From NCBI RefSeq assembly GCF_963921235.1, contig NC_086124.1, positions 24,490,001 to 24,554,000 on the forward strand: a DNA stretch of 64,000 nt, read 5' to 3'. Position 1 is the stretch's first letter. Every line of letters starts with the position of its first letter. The notes under the pieces were generated by a model. That model did no database searches, was not told the DNA's origin, and worked only from the letters and a program-made list of their open reading frames with translations. The stretch comes from Mobula hypostoma (Eukaryota). Positions 48,101 through 57,439 of this stretch are shown here, in pieces. A program made the translations under genes and the position numbers.

Positions 48101-51100
48101 AGCTATTCTCGACTGGGCGTTATACAATGAACCAGAAAGGAGTTGAAAGCTTAAGGTAAAACAACCTTAGGGGCAGGTGATCACACTATAATTGAATTTA
48201 CCCTGAAATTTGAGAAGAGCTAAAGACAGATGTATCAGTATTACAGTGGAGTAAAGGGAATGACAGAGGCATGAGAGAGGAGTTGGCCAGAATTGATTGG
48301 AAAAGAACGCTGGCAAGGCAGAAGGCGTAGCTGCAGTGGCTGGAATTTCCGGAAGCAATTGGGAAGGCACAGGATCTATACATCCCAAAGCGGAAGTATT
48401 CTAAAGGCAAGATAGCACAACGATGGCTAACAGAAGTCGTCGAAGCCAACATAAAACCCAAAGACAGGGCATATGGTAAAGAAAAAAAAGTTAGAGGATT
48501 AGGAAGATTTTAAAAACCAACAAAGGCAGTTAAGTCCTGACGAAGGGTCTCGGCCTGAAACATCGACTGCGCCTCTTCCTATAGATGCTGCTTGGCCTGC
48601 TGCGTTCACCAGCAACTTTGATGTATAAAGGCAGTTAAGAGTCATTAAGATAAAGATTCAATACAAAAGTAAGCTTGCCAACAATATTAAAGAGGGTGCC
48701 AAAAGTTTCTTGAAATACAGTGTAAAAAGAGAGACAAGAGTGAATATCAGACTGCTGGAAAACAATGCTGGGGAGGCAGTAACGGGGGACAAGGAAATGG
48801 CAGTTGAGCTGAATAAGTATTTGCATCAGTCTTCATTGTCGATTACACTAGCAGTATGGTGGAAGGTCCAGGTGTCGGGGGTTCATGAAGTGTGTGAAGT
48901 TACCATTACTAGAGAGAAGGTTCGTGCGACACTGAAAGGTCTGAAGGTAGATAAGTCACCTGGATGGGATGGTGTACACCTCAGGGTTCTGAAAGAGGTA
49001 GCTTAAGAGATTGTGGCGGCATTAGTAATAATCTTTCAAGAATCACTAGATCCTGGAATGGTTCTGGAAGACTGGAAAATTGCAAATGTCACTCCACTCT
49101 TCAAGAAGAGAGTGAGGCAGAAGAAAACAAATTATAGGACATTTAGTCTGAACTCAGCAGTTGGGAAGATGTTGGAATCAATTAGGGATGTGGTTTCAGG
49201 GTATTTGGGTGCACATGATAAAATGGGTTACAGTCAGCGTGGTTTCCTCAAGGGAAAATCTTGCCTGACAAATCTGTTGGAATTCTTTGAAGAAATAACA
49301 AGCAGGATAAATGAGGGAGAATCAGTTGATGCTGTGCACTTCAGAAAGCATTTGACAAGGTGCCACACATGAGGCTGCTTAACAGGCAACTGCAAAAGAT
49401 TCTAACATGAATAAAGCAGTGGCTGATTAGCAGGAGGCAAAGAGAGGGAATAAAGGGAGCCTTTTCTGGTTGGCTGCTGGTGACTAGTGGTATTCCACTG
49501 GGGTCAGTGTTGGGACTGATTCTTTTTACATTATATGTCAATGATTTGGATGATGGAATTGATGGCTTTGTTGCAAAGTTTGCAGGTGATATGAAGATAG
49601 GTGGAGGGGGCGGGTTGTTTTGAGGAAGTAGCGAGGCTACGTTAGGATTTAGACAGATTAGGAGAATGGGCAAAGATATGGCAGATGGAATACAGTGTTG
49701 GGAAATGTATGGTCCTGCACTTTGGAGTTTACTATTTTCTAAATGGAGAGAGAATACAAAAAAACTGAGGTGCAAAGGGACTTGGGAGTCATGTACAGGA
49801 TTCTCTGAAGGTTAATTTGCAGGTTGAGTCTGTGGTGAGGAAGACAAATGTGATGTTAGCATTCATTTCAAGAGAACCAGAATATAAAAATAAGGATGTA
49901 ACGTTGAGACTTTATGAAGCACTGTGAGACCTCACTTGGAGTACTGTGAGCAGGTTTGGATCCTTTATCTTAGGAAGGATGTGCTGAAACTGGAGAGGGT
50001 TTCAAAGGAGATTCATCAAAATTATTCCAGGAGTGAAGGCTTGTCATATGAAGGGCAGTTGATAGCTCTGGGCTGTATTCTCTGGAATTTAGAAGGATGA
50101 GGGTGGCCCAATTGAAACCTATTGAATGGAGAAAGGCCTTGATAGAGTGGATATGTAAAGGATGTTTCCTATGGAGGGAGAGTCAAAGAGGACACCAGCT
50201 CAGAATAGAGGGGTGTCCTGTTAGAACAGAGATGAGGAGGTATTCCTTCAGCCAGAGAATGGTGAATCTATTGAATTTGTCATCATGAGGAGCTGTGGAG
50301 GCCGAGTCTTTATGTATATTTAAGGAAAAGGCTGACAGATTTTTGATTGGTCAGGGCATGAAGGATACAGGGTGAAGCCAAGAGAATGGGGCTGAGAGGA
50401 AAATTGGATCAGCCATGATGAGATGGTGGAGCAGACTTGATGGACTGAATCCTCAGATTCTGCTCCTATACCTTATGGTCTCACAGCCCTACCAGGACTG
50501 GAAAGAAAAGGGAAGAAGGTGGGGAAGGAGGACAGGCTGGGAGGTGATAGGTGGAGCCAGGTATGTGGGGGAAAGGGCAAGCTGAGAAGCTGAGAGGTGA
50601 TGGGTGGAAAAGTTAAAGGGATAAAGAAGGCTGAACTCCCTCTCCAAAACCCTCCTGTAGTGCGTGCTCAGATACCTGCTTCAGAACGTTGAGGACAATG
50701 GTCTGGAAGGCCTGATCCACGTTGATGGCTTCCTTGGCGCTAGTCTCAAAGTAGGGGATGTTGTTTTTACTTTGGCACCAGACCAGCGCCTGCTTGCTGG
50801 GCACCAGACGAGCCTCCAGGTCGATCTTGTTGGCCAGGACAACAAAGGGGAAGTTCTTGGGGTCCCGCGGGCTGACCTGGATCAAGAACTCGTCCCACCA
50901 GCTGTCCAGCGCCTTGAAGGTGTTGGGTGCGGTGACATCGAACACCAGTACGCAGCAGTCGGCGCCGCGGTAGAAGGCCACGCCCAGGGATTGGAACCGT
51001 TCCTGGCCGGCCGTGTCCCAGATCTGTAGGATGGAGCATGATACAGTCACACCACAACTCTTAGGGTCAGGCACACCACACCGTCCCATCACACACTCCC

Positions 51101-52696
51101 AGGGTCAGGCACAGAGTGAAGCTCCCTCCACACCGTCCCATCACACACTCCCGGGGTCAGACACAGAGTGAAGTTCCCTCCACACCATCCCATCACCCAC
51201 TCCCGGGGTCAGACACAGAGTAAAGCTCCCCCCTGCCCCACACCATCCCACCACACACTCCTGGGGTCAGACACAGAGTGAAGCTCCCCCCTGCCCCACA
51301 CAATCCCACCACACACTCCTGGGGTCAGACACAGAGTGAAGCTCCCCCCTGCCCCACACCATCCCACCACACACTCCTGGGGTCAGACACAGTGAGGAGA
51401 GGTGTTGGGTATTGAGAAAGAACCGGGGAGCCAGAGAGAAGGAAAAAGAGCACCGAGGACAGGCAGCACCAAGTGATGGAGGAGAGGCATTCACCTGCAT
51501 GGTGACCAGCCGGTCACCCAGCATCACTTCCTTGGTGAGGAAGTCGGCGCCGATACTCGCTTTGTACTGGTTACTGAACCTCTTGTTCACATACTGATTC
51601 ATCAGCGAGGTCTTCCCCACCCTGGGGAGTGGAGAGGGGGAAGAAATGTCAGCACCAAATTGGCACCCCACCCCATCCACCCACCCCCTCCCGAACACCA
51701 GACCCCTGCCTCCCTCGGAGACAGCCCAAGATCCCCACCACCCATCTTCCCTCATCTCCCATCGGGCAGGATGTACAGGAGCCTTGAGTCCCGCACCTCC
51801 AGGCTCAGGGACAGTGACTTCCCTTCAACTGCACGTCCATCGCCGGCTCAGTCTGGCAGCTGCTCCGACCCCGGCCGCAGGAATCCGCAGACAGTTACGG
51901 ATGCAGTCCGGCACCTCGCAGGAAGCAGCCTCCCCTCCGCGAACTCTAACCGCGCCATCTCACTGCCTCAGCAGAGCAGCCGGGTCATCAAAGAGATCAC
52001 ACAGCCCGGCCCCAGCAAGGACACAGATACGGAACAGTACAGGCCCTTCGGCCCACAAAGTCCTGCTGAGCCAAGTGAATTACTGATCAAATGGCCAACT
52101 AAACTGATCTCATCTGCCTACACAACATCCATATTCTTCCACGTTCGTCACAGCCAGACGTATCTGCCTCTACCACCGCGCCAGGCACCGACCATACTCT
52201 GTAAAAACTTTGCTCCTCACATCTCCCTCGGATCTACAGCCTCTCAACTTGAATGCATGCCCACACAACAGGAATTCTGCAGATGCTGGAAATTCAAGCA
52301 ACACACATCAAAGTTGCTGGTGAATGCAGCAGGCCAGGCAGCATCTCTAGGAAGAGGTGCAGTCGACGTTTCAGGCCGAGACCCTTCGTCAGGACTATGC
52401 GGCAGAATGCATGCCCTCTGGTTTCGGATATTCTGACCCTGTGAAAAAGATACTGCCTGTCTACACTATGCCTCTCATAATCTTATAAACAAACCCCTGC
52501 CAGAGCTCCCCTCCAGCACTCCAAAGAAAACTCATGCCCTCTAATCCAGAGAGGAAGGGGCTATTCCCAACCCAACCCTGGTCTGCAGGACCACACACTC
52601 CCCAACTGCCACCATGTTTCCGAAGTTCTGACGTGCTGCTCACCCGGAGTCTCCCAGGATGATCACTTTCAATAATACCTTCTTCCGCAAGGCCAT
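45029..52696 (-). CDS. RAB7A: Ras-related protein Rab-7a-like, complement(join(45029..45124,50676..51023,51495..51621,52644..52696)), 207 aa
   Basis: Exons 53+127+348+96=624 nt, all GT-AG; [29 protein letters not shown]...[24 protein letters not shown]...NKID...ETSAK...SCQC*. The symbol names the family; this is probably a paralog rather than the ortholog. Confidence 0.93.
46979..47559. mobile_element. Non-autonomous hAT (Charlie-like) element
   Basis: TIRs CAGTGGTCCCCAACCTC / GAGGTTGGGGACCACCG; perfect 8-bp TSD GTCTAAAG (46971-46978, 47560-47567); ~57-bp subterminal inverted repeats. Confidence 0.92.
48030..50480 (+). mobile_element. Degenerate CR1 LINE ORF2 in a RAB7-like intron
   Basis: [45 protein letters not shown]; CR1 3' end near 50470. 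Confidence 0.9.
48535..48626 (+). mobile_element. Short Penelope-derived insertion with a hammerhead-like motif
   Basis: 13-bp TSD AAAGGCAGTTAAG (48522-48534, 48627-48639); AGTC-CTGACGA-AGG...CCT-GAAACATC-GACT at 48533-48568. Confidence 0.85.
50676..51023 (-). CDS. RAB7A: RAB7-like coding exon 3 (348 bp)
   Basis: [10 protein letters not shown]...NVLKQ, bounded by CAG and GTATCT. Confidence 0.95.
51045..51395. repeat. Minisatellite, ~52-58 bp unit, about 6 copies
   Basis: Repeats of CACACC(G/A)TCCCA(T/C)CACACACTCC(C/T)GGGGTCAGACACAGAGTGAAGCTCCC fill most of the intron. Confidence 0.95.
51495..51621 (-). CDS. RAB7A: RAB7-like coding exon 2 (127 bp)
   Basis: [42 protein letters not shown]; CAG/GTGAAT boundaries. 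Confidence 0.95.
52263..52404 (-). mobile_element. Short Penelope-derived insertion
   Basis: 12-bp TSD GAATGCATGCCC (52251-52262, 52405-52416); same family as 48535-48626 and ~47895-48010. Confidence 0.85.
52361..52396 (-). ncRNA. Minimal type I hammerhead ribozyme motif (Penelope-associated)
   Basis: Minus strand AGTC CTGACGA AGG-GTCTCGG-CCT GAAACGTC GACT: stem I AGTC/GACT, intact CUGANGA and GAAA core, stem II, palindromic ACGT in place of stem III, GUC cleavage triplet. Confidence 0.75.
52644..52696 (-). CDS. RAB7A: RAB7-like coding exon 1 (53 bp coding)
   Basis: [18 protein letters not shown]; donor GTGAGC; upstream acceptor CTTCTGCAG at 52708 implies a further non-coding exon. Confidence 0.92.
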
Positions 52697-52979
52697 CGTG
52701 CCGTCAGCTGCAGAAGGGACAGGTATAGGCAGAGGGGTGAGTTCTTGCCCCGGGGACAGGGAACACGAGGTACCGACGCATGCACAAACCCTGGCTCGTC
52801 ATTCACACACCCTCTCCACTGACCTCTTCCCCTTCTCCCACTAGCCCCAGCTCAACTGCTCCCATTCTCCTCCCACTTGGAGCTCTTGAACCGGGGGATG
52901 GGGGGTGTCCATGGGGGAGGAGATCCTGGGATCTGCATGGAAAGGGGGAGATCCTGGATCTCATCCCTTCCTTCTCCGC

Positions 52980-54140
52980 ACTCTTCTCGAAAAACCCACC
53001 CACTTCACCACCCCTCTCCAACACCCAACTTCTCCTCCCATACTCTCACCTGTACTCTCTCCCTCCCCACCAACCCACATTGCCTCCCCTCACCCCCAGC
53101 CCCCCAAATTCCCTTGGGCAATGGCCTTCTCCCTCCCATCGGACATGGAACCCGGACACACACCTCAAGAACCTCAAGTCACAGCCCCAATAGCTTCCTC
53201 ACCAGACACTCCAGACTCCCAAAAACCCCTCCTTTGCCTGCAAGCCCCAGGGCTCCCTCCTCTGCCAGGACATAACACCCTGCCCCTCACCACTTCACTA
53301 CCGGCAAGACACTCCCCACACCACCTACACCACATATTCCCATCCCCAACCAGGACACTCCCCCCTCCCTCATCATCCACACTCCCCTCAGGAAGCTCTC
53401 CCCCCCCCCCGCCGCCTACTCCAGATTCCCCCCTGGGATGCTCCCCCACACCCCGGCCTACCCCACACACCCCCAAGGCACTCACCCCCCACCTACCCCA
53501 CACTCCCCCCGCAGGATTCTCGCCTCCCACCTATCCCACATTGCCCCCGGGATGCTTCCCCCTCCACCACACTGCCCCGGGATTCTCCCTACCCCACACT
53601 GCAGTAGGGACACTCCCTCACCCACCTACCCCACACTCTTTCCGGATTCTCAACCCCTTCCCCCAGGACACTCCCTCCCCCTACCTATCCCACACTCCGC
53701 CTGGGAAGCTTCCCCGCCACCTATCCCACATTCTTCTCGAGATACTCTCCCCGCACTCCTCCTTCCCCACAGCCCCCCCCCACCCGGATGTTCCCTATCC
53801 GCACCTTCCCCCACTCACAACTACCACAAATCCCCCCCTCCCCACGTAACCCGGGATTCTCCATCCCCAACCGACCACACAGGACGCCCTCCCACCTCCC
53901 TCACATTTCCCCCGGGACGCTCCCCTCCCCACATTGTCCCCGGGACGCTACCCCACCCCACCTCCACCACACAGCTCGGGATTCCCCCTACCCCACACTC
54001 CATTCCCTCACCAACCTACCCCACTCTCCCCCTGGACGCTCCCTCCCTCAGCTACCCGACCCTCTTCCCGGGACGTCGTCCCCCTCCCCCTCACACCTAA
54101 CCACATTCGCCCCGAGACTCTCCCACCTACCCCACAGTAC
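52980..54140. repeat. C-rich low-complexity degenerate minisatellite
   Basis: Recurrent CCCACCTACCCCACACTCCC-type units with a strong C skew. Confidence 0.85.
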
Positions 54141-54340
54141 CCCCGGGACGCTCCTTCCGAACCCGAGTGCCAGCTCCGCTGCAGCGAACGAGTTTCAGGT
54201 TCCGGTCACGGGCCGTAACATCATCGAGTAAGAAGCCGTGATTTGAGGACCGGGTAACTTTATGATGAATAATTTAGCGCCATGCTGAATATTAATGAGG
54301 ATGGCCGTCCTCTCATTGGCCCGCGAGGTTTTGTGGATCC
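54140..54340 (-). promoter_or_regulatory. Candidate promoter and non-coding first exon of the RAB7-like gene
   Basis: CpG-rich patch with ETS-like CCGGAA (minus, ~54200), CCAAT (minus, ~54315) and donor-like GTAGGT at ~54130. Position is inferred. Confidence 0.4.
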
Positions 54341-54619
54341 TTGCTGGGGAAACGAACCAATTTTCCGGGAAATTTGTAGAACTGAAGTATTTCCCCACAC
54401 TTCAAATGTTCAGAGAAAAACAAGGGAGCGTCTCACTGTGGGAGGGGCTGTGAGTGGAGTTATCTCCGCATTGTGGGAAGGGCATTGAGGGATCTCTGCC
54501 TGGGGTGGGGGGTGGTGGGAGGCGGTGATGAAGGAGCTTTGCACTGAAGGAGAGGTGGTGAGGAATCTCCGCATTGTGTGAGGGGCGTTCTCCTCTGACC
54601 TCTCTGACTAACAGCACGC

Positions 54620-56100
54620 ACAAACACCTTTTCCTACGCTACATCGACGGCTGTGTTGGTGCTGCTTCCAGCACCCGTGATGAACTCGTCAACTTCATCC
54701 ACTTTACCTCCAGCTTCCACTCTGCCCTCAAATTCAGCAACGCACATGAAATTCCAGCATCTGCAGATTTCCTCGTGTTTGCGTTCTCAAGTTCACCAGG
54801 TCCATTTCGACATCTCCCTTCCCTTTTTCGATCTTAGTGTCTGTCTCCGGAGACAGCTTATCCACTGACGTCTATAAAAACCCGTGGACTCTCACAGCTA
54901 TCTGGACTATACCTCGTCCCACCCTGCTACTTGTAAAATGCCATCCCCTTTTCTCAATTCCTCCGTCTCCGCCGCATCTGCTCTCAGAATGAGGCTTTTC
55001 ATTCTAGAACGAAGGAGGTGTCCTCCTTTTTCAAAGAGGACATCTCCTTCAACGCTGCCCTCAAACGCATCTCTTCCATTTCACTCACGTCTGCTCTCAC
55101 CCCATCCTCCAGCCACCCTACCAGGGATAGGGTTCCTCTTGTCCTCACCTACCACCCCACCAGCTTCCAGCACATAATTCTTCGAAACCTTCTCCACCTC
55201 CAACTGGATTCCACCGCCAAGCACGTCTTCCCCACCCCCACTTTCTGCTTTCCGCCGGGTCCGCTCCCTACGCGGCTCCCTTGTCCATTCGTAACTCTCC
55301 ACTAATCTCCCTTCTGGCACTTATCCTTGCAAGTGGAACATGTGCTAAGCCTCCCCCATACACCTCCCTCACTACCATCAGGGTCCGAAACAGTCCTTCC
55401 AGGTGAGGCGACACTTCACCTGTGGGACTGTTGGGGTCATTCACTGTGTTCAGTGCTCCCAGTGTGGCCTCCTATGTCTTGGTGAGACCCGACGTAGATT
55501 GGGAGACCACTTCGCCGAGCAGCTACGCTCCATCCATCAGAACAAGCGGGATCTCCCAGTGGCCACCTATTTTAATTCAACTTCCCATTCCCATTCGGAT
55601 ATGTTCATCCACAGCCTCCTCCACTGTCGTGATGACTTAGGTTGAAGGAACAACGCCATATATTCCGTTTGGGTAGCATAAACACCGATTTTTCTAACTT
55701 CCGGTTATGCCCCCAACCACTCCCCACTCCCTTCACCATTTCCGATCTCCTTTTCCCATCCTCACCTTATCTCCTCGCCCGCCCATCGCCTCCCTCTGGT
55801 GCTCCTCCCTGCCTTTTTCCTTCCTTCCATGTCCTTCTGTCTCTTTCACCAATCAACTTCCCAGCTCTTTACTTCATCCCTCCCCCTCCACCTATCACCG
55901 GGTTGTTCTCCCTCCCCTTCCTCCGCCTTTTAAATCTACTCCTCAGCTTTTTTTCCCCCTCCAGTCCCGCCAAAGGGTTTTGGCCCGAAACGTCGGCTGT
56001 ACTCTTTTCCATCGATGCTGCCTGGCCTGCTGAGTTCCTCCAGCATTTTGTGTGTGTTGTTGGATTTCCAGCATCTGCGGATTTTCTCTCGCTTGTGATT
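54620..56100 (+). mobile_element. Penelope-like retroelement 3' part (RT thumb, GIY-YIG endonuclease, pLTR)
   Basis: LFLRYIDGC (YIDD box), DSHSYLDYTSSHP, FTCGTVGVIHCVQCSQCGLLCLGETRRRLGDHFAEQLRS; degenerate hammerhead at ~55962-55999. Confidence 0.9.
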
Positions 56101-56399
56101 TCACACACACACACAATGCTGGAGGAACTCAGCGGGTGAGGCAGCATCTGCGTTAAAGAGTAATGAGTCGAATTACTCGTCAGACCCGACACCCTTCATC
56201 AGGACCTGAAACGGCTTAGCTCAAAACGTCAGCTGCTTAATCTGTCCCTCAGATACTGACTCGCCTGCTGGGTTCCTCCAACATTGTGCGAGTGTGTTAC
56301 TTGAACTTCCAGATCTGCAGAATTTCTCTTGTCTGGCTCTCATTGGCAAGCAGTTTTCGCCCAAAGACCTGTGGCTCACTAGATGCGTGTGTGTGAGAG

Positions 56400-56675
56400 A
56401 GAGAGATCGTTTGATTTTCACACTCAAGAGACTGTTGAAAATGGCATATCAGCAATCTCTGGGATACTCGAACCACCCCATCTGGCACGAACAATCACCC
56501 CGTGGTCAATGACACTTTGATCACATCTCTTCCCCATTCTGATGTTGGTCTGAACAACTGAACCTCTTGACCATGTCGGCATGCTTTAATGCATCGAGTT
56601 GTCGCCACCTGATTGGCTGATTAGATATTTGCACCAACGAGCAAGTGTACCCAATAACGTGGCCTCTGAGTGTAG
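56400..56675. mobile_element. Tc1-derived MITE fragment
   Basis: Same family as ~9570-9810 and ~23100-23340 (GATCACAT..CTTCCCCATTCTGATGTT...TAATAAAGTGGCC). Confidence 0.6.
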
Positions 56676-57439
56676 ATAGATGGGGGCGGGGTTGCCAACT
56701 AGAATCATTCTAATTGTGTTTGCTTGTTTAAAAATGTGTGAAATTTGTGTTCACCTTGAATCTGCTATTGTCACAAGTAAGTGTGTCAGTGCCCCTCTGC
56801 AGCCGTGTGCGTGTTCCGATGACAATAAACTCGACTTGGAAAGATTTATCATTCCCTTTATTAACACATTCATCGGTCAAAGGAAAGTCAGTATAAAACG
56901 CACATTCTCGGGGGAGGGGCAGGTTGCAGAATACGTTGAGTTACATTATCACTCTCCTCTCCTGTCTCTGCCAGCTCTCTTCCCCTTCTCGGGGGAGGGG
57001 GGGAGAAAGAGGTAGGAGAATAAGATTCTCTCCTTCTCCCGATTCCGCTTCTCCCTTTCTCATGGGGGAGGGGGGTGCTGAAGACGGCAGGGTACATCTA
57101 GTTACAGAATCTCCCTCCTTTCCTGTCCTCCTCCGTCTCTCCCTCCCTTGCTGGGTGGGGGGACAGGTTGCAGAATACGTTCAGTCACATTATCACCCTC
57201 CTCTTCCGGCTCCCCGTCCCTTTCTTGGGGGGGTGGGGGTGGGGGGAGCGGTCAGGTAGCAGAAACCAATTCTCTCCTTGATTCCCGCTCTCCCGGAGCG
57301 ACAGGCACTTCTCCGCTTCGGGCCACCGCACATTCCCACTTCTGCCTCCGCTGCAAAGCTCAAGGAGTTACGAGGCCCGAGGGAGAGGGGCAAGGATTGG
57401 GGCAGAGCGAAAAGAGGAAGGTTAGAGTGACAGATGAGT

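Noticed and set aside
50668-50675. RAB7-like donor GTATCTGA as a second U12 site
   Set aside because: Lacks the CCTT of the U11 consensus, and the matching acceptor has a conventional long pyrimidine tract.
50613-51092. RAB7 as a processed retrocopy
   Set aside because: Three other coding exons with canonical introns at conserved positions are present; only one intron is missing.
51045-51395. Regularly spaced repeats resembling a CRISPR array
   Set aside because: Head-to-tail minisatellite without unique spacers, in a eukaryotic intron, with no cas genes.
52905-54231. Long Pro/His/Thr-rich ORFs (314, 220 and 147 aa)
   Set aside because: Artefact of C-rich low-complexity sequence lacking stop codons; antisense to the RAB7-like intron.
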